From NCBI GenBank assembly GCA_040767965.1, contig JAXGNR010000004.1, positions 288,001-352,000 of the forward strand: a stretch of DNA of 64,000 bases. The letters are read 5' to 3'. The notes beneath the pieces were generated by a model, which saw only the letters and a list, made by a program, of their open reading frames with translations, did no database searches and was not told the origin of the DNA. Positions 52,384 to 61,480 of this stretch are shown here, one piece after another (position 1 is the first letter of the stretch; every line of letters starts with the position of its first letter). A program made the position numbers and the translations under genes. The DNA comes from Atribacterota bacterium (lineage in GTDB: Bacteria > Atribacterota > Phoenicimicrobiia > Phoenicimicrobiales > Stramentimicrobiaceae).

Positions 52384-52443
52384 TAATAAAAAATGCTAGT
52401 TAAAGTAAATATTAGATTCAATAAATAGGAGAATTAAATAAAG

Positions 52444-53037
52444 ATGAAAAAAAACAGTTACCTTTTCCTCATTATCCTTTATTTGTTTTTATTGTTTATT
52501 TTCACTGGATCCTCTATAGCACAAGAAGAAAAGCTTCAGACTGAATCCAGCTGGTCTTCAATAGACGATGTTTTTATTAAACAGGAAAAAAATTTTTTGT
52601 TAAATCCTATAGATGTAGATGGTTCCATTAAAATTGGATTTACAGTGAAAGAAGTGCAAAAGATTATGGGTATCCCTGATAAAATAGATATAAAAAAATA
52701 TATCTACTATTATCGAAAATCTCCTGTTTATTTTAACAATGAATGGAAAGTTCAATCATGGGATAACCGGTATGGAAATTTACGGGTAACCCATGAGATG
52801 AGCAAAATAAGCTTAGGTGCACATATATCAGAGGTATTTAAAGAAAAAGGGTTTCCACAAAGAGCAATAAAATTAAAGAACAGTTACCAACTGGAATATT
52901 CTGATTCTACAATCTATTTTAATCACAAATGGAATGTAGAAGCTATTCAGGAAAAAAATAAACCTGCTTACCGGTCAGATAGGGAAAATATGTCTTTAGA
53001 CGATTTTTTAGAAGAATACCATCAATTTTTAGAGTAA
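52444..53037 (+). CDS. Exported protein with two BamE/SmpA-like repeats
   Basis: Signal peptide; internal repeat IKIGFTVKEVQKIMGIP..YY...VYF / ISLGAHISEVFKEKGFP..EY...IYF. Confidence 0.65.
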   Translation: MKKNSYLFLIILYLFLLFIFTGSSIAQEEKLQTESSWSSIDDVFIKQEKNFLLNPIDVDGSIKIGFTVKEVQKIMGIPDKIDIKKYIYYYRKSPVYFNNEWKVQSWDNRYGNLRVTHEMSKISLGAHISEVFKEKGFPQRAIKLKNSYQLEYSDSTIYFNHKWNVEAIQEKNKPAYRSDRENMSLDDFLEEYHQFLE

Positions 53038-53075
53038 ACTTAAAATTAGGTTATAAAAATTAAAGTTAAAAAATC

Positions 53076-54653
53076 TTAAAAAACATTTATTTTACCATCT
53101 AAAAAGGTATCTTTACTTAATTGTATTTGTCGAAAAATCTGCATAGCTACCGGAAGACAGTTCATTATATCACTAGCAATCATGCCGTCTTCACCTTTTT
53201 TTCTGGCAGCAAGATCTCCTGCAAATCCGTGAATTAAAACGGCTTCTCTGACAGCTGATTCAAGAGGGAGACCTAAACTGAATACGGCAGCGATAATCCC
53301 TGTAAGCACATCGCCCGAACCAGCAGTAGCCATGCCGCTGTTACCAGTCAAATTGAGAAAAACTTTGCCTTCTGGTGTGCATATTAGCGAATGGGCTCCT
53401 TTTAAAACAGCAAAACAATTATGCTTTTGGGTAAAATCTTGCATAAAGTTAACAGCTTCCACTTTAATTTCATCAGTTGATTTTTTAAGCAGTCTTGACA
53501 TTTCCCCTATGTGTGGAGTTAAAATAGTTGGAGAAATACGATTGTTCAGAATATTGATATTCTCACTTAACACTGTTAAGGCATCTCCATCAAGTAAAAG
53601 AGGTTTTTCAATATCAATAATCAATTTTTTTATTAATTGCCTGGTTTCATGTTCAACAGACAACCCCGGCCCCAATACCACCATATTTGATTCTGCTGAC
53701 CTTTTTAGCAATTCATCATAATTTTCAAGAGCAATAGTACCGCTATTGGTTTCTTTTTGAGGCAAATACACAACCTCTTTAGCCTGTGTACCAATATAGG
53801 GGACAATAGAAGATGGTGCGGCTAAGAGTGAATATCCGCCACCACATTTTAAGAAAGATAATGATGAAAAAACAGGAGCTCCAAGATAGTTTCTAGCACC
53901 TGATATAAAAAGAGTTTTACCAAAAGTACCTTTATGGCCATTTACTGGCCTTGCAGGCAGAGGAGAAGGGGTATTTAGTTCTATTTTCAATTCTTCTTTA
54001 TTATATAAAGCTGGAGGGAAAGAAATATGAGAGATATGTAATTTCCCACAATAAGAAAAACCCGGGTAGAGGAGATTGCCAATCTTAGGTAGGCCAAAAG
54101 TTATAGTATGATCAGCCTTTATGGCAATTCCCATTATTTGACCATTATCTCCGTTAATACCTGAGGGTATATCTATACTGATTACTGGTTGTTTATGATG
54201 GTGATTAATAAAACTGATAATCTGATAATAGATTCCTTCGATATCTTTTTGTAAACCGGTACCAAACATTGCATCAACAATAATACTGTTTGGGTTAATG
54301 TTTGCTTTTGCTGTTTCCAATACTATTTTGGTAAAGACAGGTATTTGTAATTTCTTTACTATTTCCCAGTTTTTTAAGGCAGCTCTTCTATATTTAAGAG
54401 GATCATTAATAATAAATAAGCATACTTTTGCGCCACATGAATGTAATTTCCTGGCTAAAACCAGACCATCTCCGCCATTATTGCCAGTTCCGCAAAAAAT
54501 AGAAAAAGAAGTATTTTTGATTTTAAAATATTCAGCTATTACCTGATATGCTGCCAAGCCGGCGTTTTCCATTAAAATATCTTCAGTAAAGCCATATTTA
54601 TTGATAGCCTCCTGATCCATATTTTGCATTTCTCTAACAAATGTTAATTTCAT
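53076..54653 (-). CDS. nnr: Bifunctional NAD(P)H-hydrate epimerase/dehydratase
   Basis: YjeF-N motifs LMENAG, GNNGGDG, DAMFGTG and DIPSG; kinase-like motifs HKGTFG, GPGL, DGDAL, TPH.GE and MATAGSGDVLTG. Confidence 0.96.
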   Translation of the reverse strand: MKLTFVREMQNMDQEAINKYGFTEDILMENAGLAAYQVIAEYFKIKNTSFSIFCGTGNNGGDGLVLARKLHSCGAKVCLFIINDPLKYRRAALKNWEIVKKLQIPVFTKIVLETAKANINPNSIIVDAMFGTGLQKDIEGIYYQIISFINHHHKQPVISIDIPSGINGDNGQIMGIAIKADHTITFGLPKIGNLLYPGFSYCGKLHISHISFPPALYNKEELKIELNTPSPLPARPVNGHKGTFGKTLFISGARNYLGAPVFSSLSFLKCGGGYSLLAAPSSIVPYIGTQAKEVVYLPQKETNSGTIALENYDELLKRSAESNMVVLGPGLSVEHETRQLIKKLIIDIEKPLLLDGDALTVLSENINILNNRISPTILTPHIGEMSRLLKKSTDEIKVEAVNFMQDFTQKHNCFAVLKGAHSLICTPEGKVFLNLTGNSGMATAGSGDVLTGIIAAVFSLGLPLESAVREAVLIHGFAGDLAARKKGEDGMIASDIMNCLPVAMQIFRQIQLSKDTFLDGKINVF

Positions 54654-54682
54654 TTTAGACCTTTAAGTCATTATTTTAATAA

Positions 54683-54907
54683 TTAATGATTGCATGATGA
54701 ACAGTTTTTACTGTGACAGGAAGCACAGTCTGAAGTATTGGTTGACAAATTGTTTCCTTTACATAAACCAAATCCGTCAAAAATTCTCTTAATGTGATGA
54801 CTACCGCATTTATCACAAATAAAATCACCTTTTTCCATATCTTTTATTGATGCCTTTATTTCTGTTTTAGCAAAACAATCCTGACATTGAAAAGTATAAT
54901 TAGGCAT
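54683..54907 (-). CDS. FmdB-family zinc-ribbon protein
   Basis: MPNYTFQCQDC...CDKCGS..IKR with a C-terminal CASC...CSSC; GGAGG SD. Confidence 0.88.
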   Translation of the reverse strand: MPNYTFQCQDCFAKTEIKASIKDMEKGDFICDKCGSHHIKRIFDGFGLCKGNNLSTNTSDCASCHSKNCSSCNH

Positions 54908-55074
54908 ATCTTAACCTCCAAAGTTAAAGAAAGGGAAATCATACCGCTTAATTTATAATTTTATATTAACTAAAACAAAAATACAATATTTAGAAAATAA
55001 TAGTAAAATCATCTTATTATATTGTGTTTTACAAGAAGAACCACAGTCATTTTTTATAAAAATAGGCATTTGAT

Positions 55075-55102
55075 TTGCTAACCAGGATAAAGATAGTAAA
55101 AT
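55075..55102 (+). promoter_or_regulatory. Putative promoter of the giant-gene operon
   Basis: TTGCTA-16 nt-TAAAAT, ending 44 nt before the ATG. Confidence 0.4.
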
Positions 55103-55146
55103 AGTATTATAATAATTATATTTTTAAGATAAGCAGGAAAAGAAAA

Positions 55147-58100
55147 ATGCAATTATCAAAGGATGATCAAGAATTAAATTTAACCTCAATTGATATCTTA
55201 CAATATTTGAATAAAGATGAAATCCTATTAAGGCATGGCTTAAAACAAAAAGATATTACCGTAATAAAAAAAGATGCTAATTTTAACAAAACCTTAAATA
55301 ATCTGATACAACAAAAAAAATTACAGGCAAAAGATATTTTAAGTTTAGTTATTGGTAAATTGAGGGAAATAGATGAAAATCTTAATACAAAGCAATGGTT
55401 AGAAATGATTTATTATTACTGTCAATTTTTGTCTTTTCCTGAAACAAGCCCGGCAGTTCAAAATATAAATCTTCCCACGAAAAAAATATTTACAATTTTT
55501 CTTTTATTTTATCGATTCCTGGTAATCGAACCTCATCAGCTTCAGAAGAAGTATTCTGCTTCCAGTTATCCTTTATTATTTTTAACTGAGAAAGAAATTT
55601 CTTCCCTGGAACAGCCTGCTGAATATCAAAAATTTTTAGAGGCATATAATAGATTGTTTGTATACGAAATGATGGTCTTAGGAAAAGAGATATTTGGGTA
55701 CAATACATGTGATCATATCTGTGGTGTGCATACTCTAGCTTTAAGCCTGGCGAGACAATTAAAAAGCCAGGGACTGTTTCTGGATTTAGGTATCATATCC
55801 GGAGCCGCTGCCGGACACGATATAGGTAAATATGGGTGTAAAAGCAACGAACAGGAAAAAGTTCCATATTTGCATTATTATTACACTGATATCTGGTTTC
55901 AGAGGCAAAATATTCCTTATATAGGCCATATTGCAGTTAATCATTCTGTTTGGGATCTGGAATTAGAAAACCTTTCTTTAGAGTCCTTGATATTAATATA
56001 CTCAGATTTTCGGGTAAAAAATATTCCCCAAACACAGGAAATGTATATTTATTCCTTACAGGATTCATTTCGAATAATTTTAGAAAAATTAGATAATTTA
56101 GACAGACAAAAAGAGAGAAGGTACAAAAGAGTTTTTGCCAAATTACAGGATTTTGAAGAATTTTTGATTGAAAAGGGGATAGAAACCTGTCCAGTCCTTT
56201 CTGATAACACAAAAAAACAAAAAACAAAAAACAGTGTTTCCTATTCTTTACTGCATGGTGAAGAAATTATTAAACACCTCAAGCAACTGTCTTTAGAGCA
56301 CAGTTTTAATTTAATGTATCAGCTGAGAAATGAGCCTGCTGTTAATTCAATATTAGAACTTGCTCGAAGTGAAAAGAATTGGCAGAATATTCAGGATTAT
56401 TTAAGAATATTTTCTGAATATTCAACTTACCTTAATCAAAAAGAAAAATTATTCACTTTAAGATTTTTATATGAAAAACTAATTTTTCCGGAAGAAGGAA
56501 TAAGAAGAAGAAGTGCTAAATTAATTGGCTATTTAATTGCCGGTTTTGATGAAAAATATCGTAAAGAGATACCTGAAAATGTAGAGATAATATCATCTAA
56601 AATAAAAAGCTATAACTTGTTAGGGAAATATATTCAAGAAATTATTGAGCCTAAACATAAGGTTCCTGAAATGATTTATGCCAGAGTAAGAGAAAATCTT
56701 GCTTTTGTATTTGAGGCCTTGTTTGAGAAAAGTCAGGGACGTCAAATAAGGGATTTCAGAAGGGTTATCAATGGAATATATAAAAAGTATACTTATAAAC
56801 AGATTTCTAAAGATAAGGCAGTTTGTCTATTACAGGCTATCAGATATATCCCGTTCTTATTAAATGAAAATATAGATTCTGTTTTAGTAGATTTTCTAGA
56901 CCAATTTATCGAACATAAAGATGATATTTTGAGATTGAATTCCCTCTCTGTTATTGAAGAAATTATAGATAAATTACCGGAAAAAGATCCTTTTCGAGAA
57001 AAATGTCAATTTCTATTAATTAATAAACCTGACAAATCTGTTTTCCCTGTAGAAAATTATCTATGTTACAAATTGCTAACCAAGACAAAGAATAATCAGT
57101 ATTTGCCTAAACGTTTTCAAGAGTATTGTCAGCAGGACAAAGAGAAAATTGATCGAATGTATTTAACCAATTTAAAAACATCTACTGACCCTATAATCAA
57201 AAAAATACAAATTGACATACTTCTAGAAAAGGCAAAAACGGACAGAAAAGAAGCTGTCTATACAGCTCTGCATTTTTGTAATATCCTGAAAGTAAGTAGT
57301 CATGAATCTATCAGAAATTATGCTGGTAAATCCTTAATTAAAATTATCCCATATTTAAATATGGAACATAAAAATGATATTGCAATTGAATTGTTGAAGG
57401 CTTTGGAGATTGATGACTATCAGTATACAAAATATATTCCATATTATTTAGGACAATTAATTCCTTTCTTGCCGCCTGGTGAGATAGATGAATTTATTGC
57501 TGAATTTGAGCAAAAAACAAAAATATCCGATCAGTGGATCAGTGTTCTGCTTTTGAGAACAATTGCTGTGGCTATTAGCAGGTATGCTCCTTATCAAAGC
57601 AGATATAATGAAAGTTCAGAGAAGGTAGAAGATAGATTAAAGAGAATGTTAGGGATTTTGATGAATGGTTTGGTACATCAGGATTCACCGGTAAAAAGGA
57701 TTACTTCACATGCTATAGGCAGAGAGATATTTGCCTCAGAGCATCTCACTCTCAGGGAAAAGAGTGTTATTTTACGTTTTATCGCAAAAAAATTATTAAA
57801 TCTATTGTCCTCTATCTCAATTCAGGACTCACTATTATTTTTTACAAATACTGTTGCATTGCACCAGATATATGTATATATGTCTGATTATATCTTTTTT
57901 GAAGGCTCCTTAAAGCTGGCAGTTCCTACCAAAGTGGCCTTTTTCCCAGGGTCATTTGACCCTTTTTCCACCAGTCATAAAGAAATAGTAAAAGAAATTG
58001 AAAAGATGGGAATAGAAGTATATTTGTCTGTAGATGAGTATTCCTGGTCTAAAAGAACCCAACCTCATCTTTATAGAAAAAATTTAATTAATATGTCAAT

Positions 58101-60144
58101 TGCTGATGAATTAGATGTTTATTTATATCCTGAAAATCTGCCTAATAATATTGCAAATCCTACTAATCTTAAATTACTGAAAAAGCAGTTTCCATTTTCA
58201 AAAATATACATTGTTGCCGGAAGTGATGTATTGTTAAATGCTTCAGCTTATTCAGAAAGCAATAATATCGATTCTATAATGCATTTCCCTCACATTATCT
58301 TTAGCCGAAAACCTTTTCATTTAAGCAGTGAACAAAAAGATAAATATTTATCAATAATGAATAAAATAAAAGCAGAAGTTATTCAATTAAATTTAGAAAC
58401 TCCTTTTGAAGAAATAAGCTCAAGCCTGATAAGAAAAAATATTGATAATCACCGGGATATAACCGGGTTAGTTGATCCTCTTGCAGAAAGATTCATCTAT
58501 CAACACAGTTTATACCAGCGTGAACCCCAATTCAAGGCAACACTGCAAAAAGTTTTTACTGAAATAGAAATAATAGAGAAATTTAAAGATTCTTTTATCC
58601 AATCTTTAGTTGAAGATATATTCCCTGATAATTTGAAGTCGGAAGTGGAAAAATGCTTAAAATTATTAAGGAAAAAACAAAATCCCCGGCTCATTATATT
58701 AAAAGATACTCTCAAAAAAGAAAGGAAACTTGGTTTTGCAGCAGTACACTGGGTAAGGTCAAGTTTGTTTTATCACGAATTTCAGGATAACAATATTACC
58801 CAGTTTATAAGAGATTATGCTACTGGGAGAACTATTATCATAGACGGAGTTTTTATAACAGATAGCATCAAAGATGAACTACATTTAAACCAGCTAAGGC
58901 AAATCATATTAACCCAGACGCTTACTTTTTGTGTGCAAAAAGATTATGATTATGCCATTTTTAAAAATATGATTCCTTTAATGGACAACAAAGGCTTAGT
59001 GGAATTAATGGAGTTGTATGGTTTTACAGAGATACCGGTCAGCAATAAGAATTATCCTATTCTGGCAGTTGATATCCGTAAGCCTAGCACAGTAAATCTG
59101 GATATAGAAACTCTTATAAAAGAGCCTTTTGTAAAGAATAAGAGAATAATTCAGGCAATATACAATGCTCGTAAAAGTATGCTGAAGGCGATGACTCAAT
59201 TATATCCAGGTCATTTGTTGATACCTTTTAATATGGATATTGTTAACCAGTCAATTGTAAAAAAAGTATGTCATGAAAATGGTGTTTCGATTGTACAGAG
59301 CGAAGTTAATGCATCAGGCCCATTGATGTGTGTTCCTTTTGGAAAAATATTACATAAAATGGTTGTCCCCAATACAGTTACAAAGTCATTACATACTGAT
59401 AAAATATTTACACCAGATATGCAACATTTTAAAATCGATGCATTTTCTAATTATATGAGTTTGGAAAACCAGGTAAAAATGATCAAGTCTTTCAATAAGC
59501 CGGTACTATTAATTGATGATTTACTGCACAAAGGATATCGCCTTAAGGCAATCAGTCCTCTTTTACAGAAAGAAAAAATAAAAGTTCATAAAATTATTGT
59601 TGGCTTAATATCAGGAAGAGGAAAAGAATTGGCCATGATGCAAAAACGTTCTGTAGATAGCGCTTATTTTATTCCTAATTTACGAGTATGGTTTAATGAA
59701 AGTGATCTATGCCCTTTTATCGGAGGAGATGGTTTGTTTCGTCAGGAACCGGATCAGGGGAATTTGGTTCGTTCAATCAATATGATTTTACCATATGCCT
59801 ACCCAGTCTTTCTAAAAGGAGTTAAATCAGAGACTATTTATCGTTTTTCTGAAATCAGTATTGAAAATGCCATCAATATTATTCTGGCTTTAGAAGAAGA
59901 ATACCAGGAAATCTATCATCGCAAGTTAACATTAGGACATTTGGGAGAAGTATGCATCTATCCCAGGTATCCTGATCAGGGTAAAAGCATTCACTATGAT
60001 CTTGCCCTGACTGTATCTCTTTACCTGGAAAACAATCTGGAATTATTGCAGAGAAGCTGGGAAAGAGAAAAGAAAGCAAAAAAGGAAGATATGCTACTTT
60101 ATCCCAATTCCCAGGAATTTTCTAATAGAAAGGAGGTTTTATGA
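55147..60144 (+). CDS. 1665-aa multidomain protein: HD + helical repeats + NadD/PPAT-like nucleotidyltransferase + GNAT-like + PRTase-like
   Basis: HD motifs DH...GHDIGK...H...NHS...SD (aa ~188-290); nucleotidyltransferase motifs FPGSFDPFSTSH, IVAGSD and ISSSLIR (aa ~930-1125); GNAT-like GFAAV...IDGVFI...LYGF; PRT-like VLLIDDLLHKG (aa ~1455). Confidence 0.85.
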   Translation: MQLSKDDQELNLTSIDILQYLNKDEILLRHGLKQKDITVIKKDANFNKTLNNLIQQKKLQAKDILSLVIGKLREIDENLNTKQWLEMIYYYCQFLSFPETSPAVQNINLPTKKIFTIFLLFYRFLVIEPHQLQKKYSASSYPLLFLTEKEISSLEQPAEYQKFLEAYNRLFVYEMMVLGKEIFGYNTCDHICGVHTLALSLARQLKSQGLFLDLGIISGAAAGHDIGKYGCKSNEQEKVPYLHYYYTDIWFQRQNIPYIGHIAVNHSVWDLELENLSLESLILIYSDFRVKNIPQTQEMYIYSLQDSFRIILEKLDNLDRQKERRYKRVFAKLQDFEEFLIEKGIETCPVLSDNTKKQKTKNSVSYSLLHGEEIIKHLKQLSLEHSFNLMYQLRNEPAVNSILELARSEKNWQNIQDYLRIFSEYSTYLNQKEKLFTLRFLYEKLIFPEEGIRRRSAKLIGYLIAGFDEKYRKEIPENVEIISSKIKSYNLLGKYIQEIIEPKHKVPEMIYARVRENLAFVFEALFEKSQGRQIRDFRRVINGIYKKYTYKQISKDKAVCLLQAIRYIPFLLNENIDSVLVDFLDQFIEHKDDILRLNSLSVIEEIIDKLPEKDPFREKCQFLLINKPDKSVFPVENYLCYKLLTKTKNNQYLPKRFQEYCQQDKEKIDRMYLTNLKTSTDPIIKKIQIDILLEKAKTDRKEAVYTALHFCNILKVSSHESIRNYAGKSLIKIIPYLNMEHKNDIAIELLKALEIDDYQYTKYIPYYLGQLIPFLPPGEIDEFIAEFEQKTKISDQWISVLLLRTIAVAISRYAPYQSRYNESSEKVEDRLKRMLGILMNGLVHQDSPVKRITSHAIGREIFASEHLTLREKSVILRFIAKKLLNLLSSISIQDSLLFFTNTVALHQIYVYMSDYIFFEGSLKLAVPTKVAFFPGSFDPFSTSHKEIVKEIEKMGIEVYLSVDEYSWSKRTQPHLYRKNLINMSIADELDVYLYPENLPNNIANPTNLKLLKKQFPFSKIYIVAGSDVLLNASAYSESNNIDSIMHFPHIIFSRKPFHLSSEQKDKYLSIMNKIKAEVIQLNLETPFEEISSSLIRKNIDNHRDITGLVDPLAERFIYQHSLYQREPQFKATLQKVFTEIEIIEKFKDSFIQSLVEDIFPDNLKSEVEKCLKLLRKKQNPRLIILKDTLKKERKLGFAAVHWVRSSLFYHEFQDNNITQFIRDYATGRTIIIDGVFITDSIKDELHLNQLRQIILTQTLTFCVQKDYDYAIFKNMIPLMDNKGLVELMELYGFTEIPVSNKNYPILAVDIRKPSTVNLDIETLIKEPFVKNKRIIQAIYNARKSMLKAMTQLYPGHLLIPFNMDIVNQSIVKKVCHENGVSIVQSEVNASGPLMCVPFGKILHKMVVPNTVTKSLHTDKIFTPDMQHFKIDAFSNYMSLENQVKMIKSFNKPVLLIDDLLHKGYRLKAISPLLQKEKIKVHKIIVGLISGRGKELAMMQKRSVDSAYFIPNLRVWFNESDLCPFIGGDGLFRQEPDQGNLVRSINMILPYAYPVFLKGVKSETIYRFSEISIENAINIILALEEEYQEIYHRKLTLGHLGEVCIYPRYPDQGKSIHYDLALTVSLYLENNLELLQRSWEREKKAKKEDMLLYPNSQEFSNRKEVL

Positions 60145-61412
60145 TTTACTACTATCGATATTCCAATAAATTACTTTTTTCAAAGTATAAAATAAAGAAA
60201 CTGGTAACAATAAAAAATGATGATCCGGTTGTCCACCAAAAAAAATTTCTCTATTATCTGGATAGGCAAGAATGGGGAAAAGTAAGTCCTAAAAGCGTCT
60301 TGATTCACCCTGGTCAGTTGAAAGGACAGGAAGATATAAGTATATTAAAAAATACTTATGGTGATAATGATGATTTTGACTGTTTACCTGGCTGGATTAA
60401 AAAAAAGATAAAAGATAGAGAAATTGGCTTTATAAATTATAATCATCCTGGATGGAAGAAAATTCTAAAATGGGAAAAACCGGCCAGGTGGAAGGTAAAT
60501 ATTATTGGTTTAGGTAATGTAGGTGGTACTTTGTTGACTGCATTGCGCTTGATTGGAAGTGAAAAAATTACTGAAATAGGCATTTTTGATACAAATGAAC
60601 AAGCTCTTTCGCGTTGGGAACAAGAAGTAAATCAGATAGTAGATAGCTCCTCAAAAATTGACATGCCTAATGTAAAAATAATTAAAGAAAATAAAATATT
60701 TGAAGCAGATATGGTCATATTCTGTATTTCTATAGGGGTTCCTCCACCAGGACAAAAAATAAAAGATGTTAGAATGATGCAATTTACTGCCAACTCAGGA
60801 ATTATTAATATCTATGCCCAACAAGCTAGAAAGTTAGGTTATAACGGTATTTTTGCAGTTGTTTCCGATCCTGTTGATTTATTGTGCCAAAGTGCTTTTT
60901 TAACAAGCAATCGGAACGAAAAAGGCATTTTGGATGGGGAAGGTCTTAGCCCTGATCAAATTAGAGGATTTGGATTAGGAGTAATGCATGGCAGGGCTGT
61001 TTATTATGCAAATAAAAATAAAAAGACCAGACTTTATCTTGAAAAAGGCCGTGTATTTGGCCCTCATGGAAAAGGGCTGGTTATTGCAGACAATATGGAA
61101 GATTACAACCATCAACAATCAATTGTTTTATCTAAAAAGGTACTGCAGGCAAATATTGCCATCAGAAGAACTGGTTTTAAACCATATATTGCACCGGCTC
61201 TTTCTTCTGGAGCTTTGTCAGTACTGGCTTTAATAAGTGGAGACTGGCATTATAGTGCAGCTTTTCTGGGAGGAATATTTTGGGGTGCTAAAAATAGACA
61301 AACCTCTCTCGGTTTGGAGTGGGAGCAGAACAGCATATCAACGGATTTATTTGAAAGAATAAACAATAGTTATCAATATCTTAAAAAATTAGCCCAAAAT
61401 TTGGAAAAATAA
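60141..61412 (+). CDS. Diverged lactate/malate dehydrogenase-fold protein with N-terminal extension
   Basis: Rossmann motif IIGLGNVG, plus ADMVIF, VVSDPVD and FGPHG; ATGA overlap with the upstream gene and AGGAGG SD. Confidence 0.8.
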   Translation: MIYYYRYSNKLLFSKYKIKKLVTIKNDDPVVHQKKFLYYLDRQEWGKVSPKSVLIHPGQLKGQEDISILKNTYGDNDDFDCLPGWIKKKIKDREIGFINYNHPGWKKILKWEKPARWKVNIIGLGNVGGTLLTALRLIGSEKITEIGIFDTNEQALSRWEQEVNQIVDSSSKIDMPNVKIIKENKIFEADMVIFCISIGVPPPGQKIKDVRMMQFTANSGIINIYAQQARKLGYNGIFAVVSDPVDLLCQSAFLTSNRNEKGILDGEGLSPDQIRGFGLGVMHGRAVYYANKNKKTRLYLEKGRVFGPHGKGLVIADNMEDYNHQQSIVLSKKVLQANIAIRRTGFKPYIAPALSSGALSVLALISGDWHYSAAFLGGIFWGAKNRQTSLGLEWEQNSISTDLFERINNSYQYLKKLAQNLEK

Positions 61413-61480
61413 AAAAATAACATATAATAAAAAAACTAAAAATAAAAAACTTGTCATAAAGGAATTGTCAGGAGGGGAAA

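Noticed and set aside
55147-60144. Giant HD protein as Cas3/Cas10 or another known defence effector
   Set aside because: No helicase, Walker A or GGDD palm motifs, and no cas genes or array nearby; the context is metabolic. An unknown defence role cannot be excluded.
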